The notes under the pieces are model-generated. The model saw only the letters and a list, made by a program, of their open reading frames with translations, was not told where the DNA came from and searched no databases. A stretch of DNA of 43,184 bases from a virus (Duplodnaviria > Caudoviricetes): IMG/VR virus record IMGVR_UViG_3300037420_000654, positions 1-43,184 of that record. One strand, given 5' to 3'. Of this stretch, positions 10,284 through 19,933 are shown in pieces. The position numbers and the translations under genes are program-made. The number at the start of each line of letters is the position of its first letter. Position 1 is the stretch's first letter.

Positions 10284-10877
10284 ATGACGATCATCGCGAC
10301 CCGCCTCTCCGCGAAGGTAGAGGCGGGGTTCTCGGCTGTCGTGGGCTTTTCCACGCGCGTGGTCGAGCTGAAAACCGGCTACGAGCGCCGCAACGCCAAC
10401 TGGCTCAATCCCAAGCGCCGCTTTACCGCCCGCACCGCAGGCTGGACGCCCGACATGCGCGCCGAGTTGCTGAACCTCGCCCATGCGGCGCGGGGCTCGC
10501 TCTACGGCTTCCTGTTCAAGGACTGGAACGACTACAGCGTCACCGCGCAATCACTGGGTACCGCCCCCTCCGGTTCCACCGCCGTGCAGTTGGTCAAGAC
10601 CTACACCTACGGCTCGGAAACCTACACCCGCACGATCACCAAGCCCGTCGCCTCCACGGTGACGGTCTACCAGAACGGCGTCGCCAAGGATGGCACGCTG
10701 GACGAGGCCACGGGGTTGTTTACCCCGACGACCGCATGGACGGGTGGGGCTGCGCTGACGTGGACGGGCGAGTTCCTGGTGCCCGTGCGCTTCGCCTCGG
10801 ATGACATCGAGTTCGTGCTGCCCCACCGCGACATCGCGGAAGTGGTGTGCGAGCTGGTCGAGGTCTTTGGCGAATGA
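10284..10877 (+). CDS. Distal tail protein (DUF2460, GTA-like)
   Basis: GYERRNANW, ARGSLYGFLFKDWND, QLVKTY, RTITKPV, GEFLVPVRF. Confidence 0.88.
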   Translation: MTIIATRLSAKVEAGFSAVVGFSTRVVELKTGYERRNANWLNPKRRFTARTAGWTPDMRAELLNLAHAARGSLYGFLFKDWNDYSVTAQSLGTAPSGSTAVQLVKTYTYGSETYTRTITKPVASTVTVYQNGVAKDGTLDEATGLFTPTTAWTGGAALTWTGEFLVPVRFASDDIEFVLPHRDIAEVVCELVEVFGE

Positions 10878-12949
10878 AGACCAATTCGCCCGAGCTGAAC
10901 GCGCTCAAGGCCGGCTCCAGCACCACGCTCTGCCTGCTGCGCAAGATTGGGCCGCTGCCGGACAACACGTACCGCTACCAATGCTCGCTCGATGCGGACG
11001 TTCCTTATGACGACGGCACAGGCCTAGCTATTTACAAGGCGCGCATCGGCTACGAAGCCTCGGCCTTGGTGTCCTCGGCGGACCTTGGCGTGGACAACGC
11101 CGAAGGACAGATGTTCGCGCCCTTGGTGACGCATCAGTTGGAAGGCATCACCAAGGAACAGGTGGACGCCGGCTATCTCGACAAGGTGCCGTTCGTCGTC
11201 TACGAAGTGGACTACGAAAACCTCGCCGCCGGGCATGAGATCCGCAACGGCGGCACGCTCGGCGAGGCGAAGTGGAAATACAACGACAGCATCCTGATCC
11301 CCGAGGAGCGCTCGCTCTCCCAACAACTGAAGCAGACGGTCGCCCGGCTCTACTCGCTGACCTGCCCGGCGAAGTTCGGCTCCCAGCCCATCGGCACGGG
11401 CGGCGGGGTGGTGGAGGAACGCAAGCCCTGCGGCAAGGATCTGGGGCCGCTGTGGGTGACGGGCCGCACCGTGACAGCGGTGGACGCCGACGAGCCGGAC
11501 CTGGTATTCAGCGATTCGACGCTGACGCAGGACGACGACTATTTCAAGTACGGGGTCGTGACCTGCACGGGCGGCGCGAACCTCGGGCAGACGCGCGAGA
11601 TCGAGTCGTTCAGCGCCGGCCAGTTCGTGCTCCAGTTCCCCTTCACCAATCCGATGGCGATCGGGGACACGTTCGACGCGCGCCCCGGCTGCTCCAAGCT
11701 GCATCAAGGCGACAACAGTTGCCGGACGTGGTTTGCGGACGAGTGGGTCGATCACTTCCGGGGCATGCCGCACATGCCCGTCGCGGAAGCGACCAAGCTC
11801 TTGGTCCCCGGCGCAGGGCTCACGGGCCGCTACTCCGGCACGGGCGAGGAAACGAACGTTTCGACGCCGCCTGCCGACAGCGGCGGCACGCCTCCGCAAA
11901 CCGGCGATACCGACCCGACGACGCGCACGCGCGGCGCGACGGTCGTCACCGTCTCCAGCACCTACGGCGATGGTGCTACCGATGCCACGGCGGCGATCAA
12001 CGCGGCGATTGCCTCGCTCCCCGGCGACGGCGGCACGGTCGTCATCCCGGACGGCACGTACCTGATCGATCCGACCGTCTCGGTGCTGCCGGCCAGCAAC
12101 ATGCTGCTGAAGCTCTCGGCCGGCACGGTCCTGAAGTCCAAATACACCGCGCTCGACCACAAGTACGTTGTGTGGATCTCGGGCAAGTCGAATGTCGAGA
12201 TTTCGGGCGGCACGATCCAAGGCTACCGCCCGCTATGGAGCCCGATCACCGGCACCACGTCGGAGTGGGGCCACTGCATCTCCTGCGGCAACTCGACCGC
12301 CGTCACCATCCGCGATATCACGCTCAAGGACGCGGTGGGCGATGGCATGTCCATCGGCGGCGGCTGCGATGACGTGATCCTCGATAACGTCCTCACCAAC
12401 AACAACCGCCGTCAGGGCCTGTCGATTGTCGCGGGCACCAACATCACGGCCACGGACTGCACGTTCCGCAACACCAACGGCACCTCGCCCGAGTGCGGCA
12501 TCGACATCGAGCCCGAGAACGGCGATGTCTGCCAGCACATCACCATCCAGAACTGCAAGTTCGAGCTGAACGCCAAGTACGGCATCAACATCCTCAAGCG
12601 GTCGGGCGTGACCGCCACGCTGGATGACATCACGATCACCGGCTGCACCGTCGGCGGCAGCACGACCACCGGCAACCTGTCCAACGGCGTGGTGATGATT
12701 AGCGCCAGCAACGTGACGGTGCAGAACAACGAGATTTCCTACAACTCCGCGACAGGCCTGCGCTCGACCTCGGTGACGAACCTCACGATCACCGGCAACA
12801 CCTTCAAGAACAACTACACGCGCAACGGCATCAATTCCGCCAACACCGCGCATCTCCTCGCCTCTGGCCTGCCGACCGAAACCCGCGATCTGGTCATCGT
12901 GACCGCCGCGTCCGGCCAGTCGATCACCAACAACACCTTCTACTACTGA
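10874..12949 (+). CDS. Baseplate hub (DUF2163/BR0599-like) fused to right-handed beta-helix domain
   Basis: N-half has four Cys (C.AKFG..C..GC.K..C) and FRGMPHMP, the usual hub end; Pro/Thr/Gly linker; then DATAAINAAI..GGTVVIPDGTY and Asn-ladder repeats. ATG 10874 overlaps upstream stop. Confidence 0.85.
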   Translation: MKTNSPELNALKAGSSTTLCLLRKIGPLPDNTYRYQCSLDADVPYDDGTGLAIYKARIGYEASALVSSADLGVDNAEGQMFAPLVTHQLEGITKEQVDAGYLDKVPFVVYEVDYENLAAGHEIRNGGTLGEAKWKYNDSILIPEERSLSQQLKQTVARLYSLTCPAKFGSQPIGTGGGVVEERKPCGKDLGPLWVTGRTVTAVDADEPDLVFSDSTLTQDDDYFKYGVVTCTGGANLGQTREIESFSAGQFVLQFPFTNPMAIGDTFDARPGCSKLHQGDNSCRTWFADEWVDHFRGMPHMPVAEATKLLVPGAGLTGRYSGTGEETNVSTPPADSGGTPPQTGDTDPTTRTRGATVVTVSSTYGDGATDATAAINAAIASLPGDGGTVVIPDGTYLIDPTVSVLPASNMLLKLSAGTVLKSKYTALDHKYVVWISGKSNVEISGGTIQGYRPLWSPITGTTSEWGHCISCGNSTAVTIRDITLKDAVGDGMSIGGGCDDVILDNVLTNNNRRQGLSIVAGTNITATDCTFRNTNGTSPECGIDIEPENGDVCQHITIQNCKFELNAKYGINILKRSGVTATLDDITITGCTVGGSTTTGNLSNGVVMISASNVTVQNNEISYNSATGLRSTSVTNLTITGNTFKNNYTRNGINSANTAHLLASGLPTETRDLVIVTAASGQSITNNTFYY

Positions 12950-13383
12950 TGCGCCTTGTCGCCCCGCTCAACGCTGCGGAACGCGCGGCGCTGGTGGCGC
13001 ACGCCCGCAGTTTCGTGGACGTGCCTTTCAAGCACCGGGGCCGCTCGCGCGACGGGATTGATTGCGTCGGATTGGTGCAGGCGTGCCTGCAAGCCGTGGG
13101 GCGGGACACCGAGGACGACCTCACCTATCCGCGCACGCCCGTGCCGGGGCTGCCTGCGTTGCGGGATGCCCTGATCCGCCACTTCGGCGAGCCGGTGAAA
13201 GACCTCGCGCCCGGTGACGTGGTGGCGATGCGCTGGACCGGCGACATCAGCCACGTCGCCATCGTCGGGGACTCCCGTCATGGCTTGACCGTCATTCACG
13301 CGCTCGCGCTTTCCAAGCGCGTGGTCGAAACCCGCCTGGCCGATCCGTGGCCGCGCCGCATCGCCGGCATCTGGAGACCCTAG
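12949..13383 (+). CDS. NlpC/P60 tail-associated peptidase
   Basis: PFKHRGR..GIDCVGLV (Cys), PGDV, HVAI (His), IHA. Confidence 0.92.
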   Translation: MRLVAPLNAAERAALVAHARSFVDVPFKHRGRSRDGIDCVGLVQACLQAVGRDTEDDLTYPRTPVPGLPALRDALIRHFGEPVKDLAPGDVVAMRWTGDISHVAIVGDSRHGLTVIHALALSKRVVETRLADPWPRRIAGIWRP

Positions 13384-16377
13384 ATGTCTGGAGCCACTAT
13401 CGGCGGGGTCATCGGTGGAGCCATTGGCTTCTACTTCGGCGGCCCGCAAGGCGCACAGATCGGCTGGATGATCGGCTCGGCGGTCGGCGGCTACGTCGAT
13501 CCCGAAGTCATCAAGGGGCCGAAGCTCACCGACGCGCAGGACGTGCGCGTGCAGGAAGGCGCGCCCGTTCCGTTCGGCTATGGCACGTTCGTCGTGGGCG
13601 GCAACGTCATCCAGTGCGGCCCGCTGGACGAGCACAAGCACCGCGAGCGCACCGGCAAGGGCGGCGGCCCGGTGCAGGAGACGTATTCCTACACGCGCAC
13701 GGTCGCGATCGGCCTGTGCGAAGGCGAGGTCGGCGGCATCATCCGCATCTGGGCGGACGGCAAGCTGATGTACGACGCGCGCGATCCGGCCGACTGGCCC
13801 GACGCGGCCGACGACATCCGCGCAATGGCGGTGGACAGCGCGAAGTTCCGCACGGGCTTCACGTTCTATCCCGGCTCCGAAACCCAAGACCCCGATCCGA
13901 CGCTGCAAGCCCTCGACACGTCGTGGGGCGGCGGCTACGGCAATGTCCCGGCCTATCGCGGCTTGGCGTATGTCGTGTTCCGCGACTACGACTGCACGGA
14001 TCGCTCGGGGGCCATCCCGCAGTTCCGCTTCGAGGTCGCGTGCTGCGGCACGACCACGGCCACGCTGCACGAAGCGCCGTGGCTGCACAGCTACACCGGC
14101 ACGATCCAGCCGATCTACGGCGCCACCGTTTCCAAGAACATCGTCCTGACCGCCGGCCCGAACGACAGCCTGCGCCGCAGTCTCGACGGCGGCAGGACGT
14201 GGGCGGGCATCGACTACTCCAACCTCGGGTGGGGCACGTCCACCGCGTTGGCGGTGTTCGGCGAAGGGCCGTTCTATCTGGCGCAAGCCAACGCCATCGC
14301 CCGCTCCACCAGCGGCGAGGGCTGGGAATTGGTCCCGGGCGTCCCGCTCTCGACCATCCACATTACCCAGCCGGGCATCAGCTACGCCAACGGGGACTAC
14401 TGGGCCTGCACGTTGGCCCCGAACCCGACGGTGTTTCCGATCCTGTCCGTTGACTCCACTGACATCATCGTCGTCAGCTCGGTGAGCGACACGGCGCACT
14501 GCGTGGGCGACAGCGCAGCGGCCGGGATGCTGATCGGCACCGACAACGGCAAGATCATCACGACGGCCGGATTCGTGCTGTACGACTCCGGCGGCGGCGC
14601 GGCGGTCAGCCAATTCGCCACCAGCGGCAACATCACCCTCGCGGCCCTCAGCGGCTCGGGCATGGTGCGCTCGGCCGATGGCGGCTTGACGTGGGCCACG
14701 ATCTCCGGCAACGCCCTCGGCGTCGTCTACGCGCAGGGCACGTTCTACCGTGCCAACCAGGTCAACGTGGAGGCCAGCCAAGACGGCGGCCTGACATGGC
14801 ATGTGGTGGACACCTTCTTCGCCGGCAACGGCTCGGGGGGATTGATCGTCACCGATGGCGCGGCGGTCGCCGCGTTCACCACCCAAGGCCAAGTCGCGGC
14901 ACTCCCGACCACCTACGCACTGCCCGACGTGGGCGGCTGGTACGTGGACAACGACGGCAACGTCACGGGCGCGACCACCTACGTGACGCCGCGATGCAAT
15001 GCCGTGCTGGCGGATGTCGTGGCCGACCTGTGCGACCGCGTGGGGGTGGACAGCAGCCGGATCGATGTCACGCAACTGACCGACTCGGTGCGCGGGTTCC
15101 TGGTCGGCAAACAAGGCCCGGCCTCCGACAACATCCGCGCCTTGCAACAGGGCTACTTCTTCGACTTCCCCGAGTGGGGCGACAGCAGCGACACCTTCAC
15201 CAAGCTGCGCGCGATCAAGCGGGGCGGAGCGTCGCTGTTCACCGTCACCGACGACGACCTCGTGGCGTCGGACGACGATCAGGACACGCGGGCGCAGGCC
15301 GTCGAGTTCCCCCGCAAGCTGCACCTTGTCACCGCTGACGTGGATGCGGACTACAACCCGACCACACAGACGGCCGAACGGCAGACGGAGGATGTCAAAG
15401 CCGTTGGCGAGATGAGCGTCGAGCTGTCGCTGTCCTCGACGCGCAGCGAAGCGGTGCAACGCGCCGACAAGATGCTCAAGATCGCGTGGACCGAAGCCGA
15501 GGGCACGTGGGAACGCGAGCTGCCGGAAAACTTCAGCGTCTACACGCCGTCCGATTGCTTCACCCACAACGGCAAGCGGTGGCGCATCCAGACCACCGAG
15601 CTGGGCGATGGCACGGTCAAGGTCAAGGCCGTGCGGGACAGGCCCTCGGCCTACACCAGCGCCGCGACCGCATCCAACCCGCAACGTCCCGCGCCGCCGA
15701 CATTGGGCTTGCGCGGCCCCACCGTGTTTGCGGGCATGAACCTGCCGTCCCTGCGGACATCGGACACCGTGCCCGGCATGTACGTGGCCGTGTGCGGATT
15801 GCTCGCCGGTTGGGTCGGCTGCGACTTGCAGCTCTCGCTGGACGGCGGTGTCACGTATCGCTCCGTGGGGCAGATCACGGCCGAGTCCACGATGGGCTAC
15901 CTGACGGCCGGGTGCGGCACGTCCGGCGACATCACCGCCCGCGTGTTGCACAACCACACGCTCGAATCGGTCACGACGGCGCAGCTCGCAGCGCGGGCCA
16001 ATGCGTTCGCGATCACCACGAACGACGTGTCGGAAGTCGGCCAGTTCCAGACCGCAACCGAAACGGCCAACCCCGGCGAATACACGCTCAGCACGAACAC
16101 GCGCGGCGAGCTGGGCACAACTGCGGCGGCGCATTACGGCGGCGACCGCTTCGTGCTACTCGACTACGTAACGTTCGTGCCGATCGACGTGAGTTATGCC
16201 GGCCGGACGCTCTATTTCCGGCCTGTCTCGCTCGGGACGATTCCCGAGAACAACGCCGTATATCCGGTCGTGTTCCAGCCGATGTTCACCGGCGCACCAA
16301 CCATCGACTTCCTCGAAACCAAGGCCGGCGAAGTGATTCGCACGACGACGGGCGATTACATCCAATTGGTGGCTTAA
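13384..16377 (+). CDS. Megatron / central tail-tip host specificity protein with Asp-box propeller insertion
   Basis: GAQIGW, GPKL, PVPFGYGT..VGGNVI, AIGLCEGE..IRIWADGKL, PAYRGLAYVVF, IPQFRFEV; repeated S.DGG.TW boxes. Confidence 0.9.
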   Translation: MSGATIGGVIGGAIGFYFGGPQGAQIGWMIGSAVGGYVDPEVIKGPKLTDAQDVRVQEGAPVPFGYGTFVVGGNVIQCGPLDEHKHRERTGKGGGPVQETYSYTRTVAIGLCEGEVGGIIRIWADGKLMYDARDPADWPDAADDIRAMAVDSAKFRTGFTFYPGSETQDPDPTLQALDTSWGGGYGNVPAYRGLAYVVFRDYDCTDRSGAIPQFRFEVACCGTTTATLHEAPWLHSYTGTIQPIYGATVSKNIVLTAGPNDSLRRSLDGGRTWAGIDYSNLGWGTSTALAVFGEGPFYLAQANAIARSTSGEGWELVPGVPLSTIHITQPGISYANGDYWACTLAPNPTVFPILSVDSTDIIVVSSVSDTAHCVGDSAAAGMLIGTDNGKIITTAGFVLYDSGGGAAVSQFATSGNITLAALSGSGMVRSADGGLTWATISGNALGVVYAQGTFYRANQVNVEASQDGGLTWHVVDTFFAGNGSGGLIVTDGAAVAAFTTQGQVAALPTTYALPDVGGWYVDNDGNVTGATTYVTPRCNAVLADVVADLCDRVGVDSSRIDVTQLTDSVRGFLVGKQGPASDNIRALQQGYFFDFPEWGDSSDTFTKLRAIKRGGASLFTVTDDDLVASDDDQDTRAQAVEFPRKLHLVTADVDADYNPTTQTAERQTEDVKAVGEMSVELSLSSTRSEAVQRADKMLKIAWTEAEGTWERELPENFSVYTPSDCFTHNGKRWRIQTTELGDGTVKVKAVRDRPSAYTSAATASNPQRPAPPTLGLRGPTVFAGMNLPSLRTSDTVPGMYVAVCGLLAGWVGCDLQLSLDGGVTYRSVGQITAESTMGYLTAGCGTSGDITARVLHNHTLESVTTAQLAARANAFAITTNDVSEVGQFQTATETANPGEYTLSTNTRGELGTTAAAHYGGDRFVLLDYVTFVPIDVSYAGRTLYFRPVSLGTIPENNAVYPVVFQPMFTGAPTIDFLETKAGEVIRTTTGDYIQLVA

Positions 16378-17379
16378 ATGACGACCGCAACAACCCTGTA
16401 CGTCAACAATCCGTTGTCCGTGGTCGGAACGGAGCGCATGGCGGCCGACCCCGCCACTGGCGACACGGGCGGCCTGCTCACGCAAGCCATCGCCAACCTC
16501 TACAAAGGAACACGCGGAACGGCGATTGCCTCGGCGTCCAGCATCGACCTCGGCGCAGCGACCGGCTCCAACCTGCACATCACCGGCACCACGACGATCA
16601 CATCACTGGGAACGGTCGCGGCGGGCGTGGAGCGGCGCGTCATCTTCGATGGCGCACTGACGCTCACGCACAACGCCACGTCGCTGATCCTGCCGGGCTC
16701 AGCCAACATCACCACGGCCGCCAACGATTCGGCCATCTTCATCTCCGAAGGCTCGGGTAACTGGCGCTGCGTGTCCTACAGCAGGGCGGACGGCACGGCT
16801 GTGGGCGGCGCGACCATCGCCAACAATGCGGTCACCTACGCCAAGATGCAGGACGTGACCGCGACCCAGCGGGTCATCGGCCGCAACACCGCAGGCGCGG
16901 GCGATCCCGAGGAAGTGACGCTGACCCAGTTGCTGGACTGGATCGGCTCGGCGGCGCAGGGCGACCTGCTGTATCGCGACTCATCCAGTTGGGCGCGACT
17001 TGCTGCTGGCACCTCCGGCAAGCTCCTCCGTACCAACGGGGCGAGCGCAAACCCATCGTGGTATGGCGGTGTTGTCAGCCTCACTGATGGCGCGACCATT
17101 TCCGTGGACGCGAGCCTTGGGGACAACTTTCGCGTCACTCTTGCGGGCAATCGCACGCTCGCCAATCCGACCAACCTCGTCAGCGGACAAGTCCTCAACT
17201 TCCGCATTGCGCAGGACGGTACGGGCTCGCGCACGCTGAGCTACGGGACGAAATACAAGTTCCCTGGCGGCACCACGCCCGTCCTGACGACGACGGCCAA
17301 TGCACACGATTTCATGTCGTGCCAGTACGACAGCACCGACGACACGCTGTATTGCGTGCTGAACAAGGACTTCAAGTGA
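16378..17379 (+). CDS. Tail fibre protein (mosaic)
   Basis: Thr/Gly/Ala-rich; ITGTTTITSLG, AVTYAKMQ, GDLLYR..WARLAAG, LAGNRTLANPTN..QDGTGSRTL modules typical of fibres. Confidence 0.75.
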   Translation: MTTATTLYVNNPLSVVGTERMAADPATGDTGGLLTQAIANLYKGTRGTAIASASSIDLGAATGSNLHITGTTTITSLGTVAAGVERRVIFDGALTLTHNATSLILPGSANITTAANDSAIFISEGSGNWRCVSYSRADGTAVGGATIANNAVTYAKMQDVTATQRVIGRNTAGAGDPEEVTLTQLLDWIGSAAQGDLLYRDSSSWARLAAGTSGKLLRTNGASANPSWYGGVVSLTDGATISVDASLGDNFRVTLAGNRTLANPTNLVSGQVLNFRIAQDGTGSRTLSYGTKYKFPGGTTPVLTTTANAHDFMSCQYDSTDDTLYCVLNKDFK

Positions 17380-18218
17380 CCGTTGGCCCGCTGTTTTTCG
17401 CCCCGACCTCATCGTCGGCAACATACCTTGAGGCGCTATCCGTTACCCCCATCTGCGCGTTGTCTCTGACCAAGGTCTATTCCAGCGCGACTGTCGCGAT
17501 TCGTGTGCGCCGCAGCAGCGATAATGCCGAGCAGGACATTGGGTTTAGCGGAACGTCGTTGGATACGTCGAGCCTCGCCACGTTCGTGGGCTCTAATAGC
17601 GCCTTCGTCACCAAGATCTATGACCAAAGCGGCCACGGCCTCCATGCGGTGCAGGCCACGGCGGCAAACCAGCCGCGCATCGTCAATGCTGGCGTCTACG
17701 ATGGCTTTGTCCGATTTGATGGCACAGACGACGGCATGAAGATCACCAGCCTGACGCTGGGGACGCCGCAGTTCGGCCTCTATTCCAAATTCCAGTTGCG
17801 GGCTCAGGCGGGAACCCAAGTCTATTTTGAAACGACCACCGTAGCGTCGAGCAACAGTGGCTCCATTGTCATGTACGACCTGAGCACGTCATCTTCGTTT
17901 GTTGACTCGTACAACGCCGGCTCTGGCACGAATCGCGCGAACCAATACCTCACCCCCCTGACGCTCGACAATTACACCGTCTTGGCAGACCGTAGCGTCG
18001 TGGGCGTCAATGAAATTCAGCGGTGGAAGCATGGCACGCTGGATACGCCAGTGCAGGCAGCGACCACTGAGCAGACCGGCAACTATCTCACCAACGATTT
18101 TTATATCGGATCGCGCGCCAATTCGTCCCTGTTCTCGCAGTTGAACCTGGTCACGCTGGTCCTCTACAACGCAGACACTTCCGGCATCCGCACAAGCATC
18201 GAGTCCTACGTCGCCTAG
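17376..18218 (+). CDS. Putative receptor-binding protein, ConA/LamG-like lectin fold
   Basis: AIRVRRSSDNAEQDIGF, YDQSG.G.HA.Q.TAANQPRIV, FDGTDD; GTG 17376 overlaps upstream stop. Confidence 0.65.
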   Translation: MTVGPLFFAPTSSSATYLEALSVTPICALSLTKVYSSATVAIRVRRSSDNAEQDIGFSGTSLDTSSLATFVGSNSAFVTKIYDQSGHGLHAVQATAANQPRIVNAGVYDGFVRFDGTDDGMKITSLTLGTPQFGLYSKFQLRAQAGTQVYFETTTVASSNSGSIVMYDLSTSSSFVDSYNAGSGTNRANQYLTPLTLDNYTVLADRSVVGVNEIQRWKHGTLDTPVQAATTEQTGNYLTNDFYIGSRANSSLFSQLNLVTLVLYNADTSGIRTSIESYVA

Positions 18219-19933
18219 CGGAAATTCCGAGCCGCGCTCATGCTGATGTGGTCGTCATCCCAATACAGGGAATAGCCGTCCTTCATCATCGGGCAGACGG
18301 TCGCATTGCAGAAGAAATTGGCCGGCTCCACATAGCGCACATTCGGATAGAGCGCGGCTTGGCCCTTGAGGAACGCGCGAGACTTGGCGGCCTTTGCGTC
18401 GTATTCGGCGCGGGACACCGAGCATGCTGCAATGTCATATGCGTGAATGCACTTTTGCGGCATATACGGCAGCAGCGGCACCGGCCCCATCAGAATGACC
18501 TGCTGCACATGAGGGGCCACGGCCGCGAGCGCCTTGGTCACGCCGGACCACATCACGCGCGCCTCCGGCGAATTGGAGCGCAGCGTCCAGAACCCCCCGA
18601 TGACCACGATGCGTCCGCGCTTTGCGATCTGGACGGCGCGGGCGTTGAAGTCAGGACAGTTATCCCTAGGGTCGCCCGTTGAGGGCGTGCAGCCGGGCGC
18701 GACCAGAGAATGCACCTTGCCGAACCGTTCGGCATACGGCAGCCACGCCTTCGCGTGCGAATCCCCCCACAGCATCACGTCAGCGTCAGCGCAGCCAGCC
18801 TCGTCGTAAAGGGCGTGGCATGTGGCGTTCTGTGGCGCGTCGAGTGCCGTGCGCGTTGCAAGGCTGGTGTCGCCTGCGAGCGCCACGCCGACGCAGCCAG
18901 CACAGGCCGCGACCAGCGCACACACCCCCACGCCTGCGCCGATCATGCGGACCTTCGTGGCCTGATGGCGACGGAACGGCGTCTCCACGTAGCGATAGGA
19001 GAGCGCCGCAAGGATGAAAGCCACACCGCACAGCAGCAGGTTGTCGGTCAGGGTCGGGGCATCCAGCCTGTACGCCTTGGCGAGCGCCAGCAACGGCCAG
19101 TGCCACAGGTAGAGGCTGTAGGAGATCAGGCCGATAGTGCGCACGGGGCGCAGTTGCAGCAGGGGCATGGACACGCCGCTGTGTGCTGCGTGGATGACCA
19201 GCGCGGCCCCAAGGCATGCAGGGAGCGCCCCGGTGCCGGGAAACGGCTGGAACGGGACCGCGATTGCAAGGAACAGCAGCGCCAGTCCGGCGTAGGCGTA
19301 GACGGCACGCGACCGCGCCGGGAGGAAAGCGATCAGCCCGCCCAATGCCAGTTCCCAAAAGCGGGAGGGCATCTGGTAGAACGCGGCCTCCTGCGGCCAC
19401 GTTTGCGCCAGCCAGAACGACGCGCCCGCCAACGTCACCATCGCCGGCCACGAGTGCCGGAAGCGGTACAGCAGCGCCAGCAGCAGCGGCCACACGAAAT
19501 AGAACTGCTCCTCCACCGCCAGCGACCACAGGTGCAGCAGCGGCATCTGATCGGCGCTTGCGTCGAAGTAGCCGCCCGTGACGGTCTGGAAGTGGAAGTT
19601 GGCGGACACGGCCATCGCGGCGACGGCCGATTTCACGACGGCCAGGCGATCGACCGGCCCCAGCAGCACGACGGACGCGGCGAGCACGGCCAGCACGACC
19701 ACGGCCAGCGCCGGCAGGATGCGGCGCACGCGGCGCGCGTAGAACGCCGCGAAGTCGATCCGGCCCGTCTGCGCATGCTCGGCGGCGAGCATCCGGGTGA
19801 TGACGTAGCCCGAGATCACGAAGAACACGTCCACGCCGATGAAGCCGGCCGGGACCGGAAGGCCCGCGTGGTAGGCGACGACCGCGAGCACCGCGATCGC
19901 GCGAAGGCCGTCAATGGCCGGGAGGTGTTTCAT
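18215..19933 (-). CDS. OafA-like O-acetyltransferase (acyltransferase-3 + SGNH), lysogenic conversion
   Basis: IDGLRAIAV, GFIGVDVFFVISGY, FYARRVRRILPAL, HLWSLAVEEQFY, ISYSLYLWHWP; SGNH part WGDSHA ... DDDHIS. ATG 19933 overlaps integrase stop. Confidence 0.94.
   Translation of the reverse strand: MKHLPAIDGLRAIAVLAVVAYHAGLPVPAGFIGVDVFFVISGYVITRMLAAEHAQTGRIDFAAFYARRVRRILPALAVVVLAVLAASVVLLGPVDRLAVVKSAVAAMAVSANFHFQTVTGGYFDASADQMPLLHLWSLAVEEQFYFVWPLLLALLYRFRHSWPAMVTLAGASFWLAQTWPQEAAFYQMPSRFWELALGGLIAFLPARSRAVYAYAGLALLFLAIAVPFQPFPGTGALPACLGAALVIHAAHSGVSMPLLQLRPVRTIGLISYSLYLWHWPLLALAKAYRLDAPTLTDNLLLCGVAFILAALSYRYVETPFRRHQATKVRMIGAGVGVCALVAACAGCVGVALAGDTSLATRTALDAPQNATCHALYDEAGCADADVMLWGDSHAKAWLPYAERFGKVHSLVAPGCTPSTGDPRDNCPDFNARAVQIAKRGRIVVIGGFWTLRSNSPEARVMWSGVTKALAAVAPHVQQVILMGPVPLLPYMPQKCIHAYDIAACSVSRAEYDAKAAKSRAFLKGQAALYPNVRYVEPANFFCNATVCPMMKDGYSLYWDDDHISMSAARNFR

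Noticed and set aside
11930-12946. Diversity-generating retroelement explanation for the duplicated beta-helix
   Set aside because: No reverse transcriptase; differences are general and synonymous, not adenine-specific.
13381-13386. In-frame stop-ATG junctions (10281, 13381, 16375) suggesting readthrough fusions or stop recoding
   Set aside because: Each flanking gene is a normal-length family member; TAG ends several genes normally; best explained by compact packing.
12943-16134. 1063 aa minus-strand ORF (also 8835..10550, 7236..8636 and similar)
   Set aside because: Antisense shadows of high-GC genes with no recognisable motifs.
10284-16377. Gene transfer agent
   Set aside because: Tail tip is GTA-like, but the element has integrase, immunity, replication and a long tape measure of a true temperate phage.
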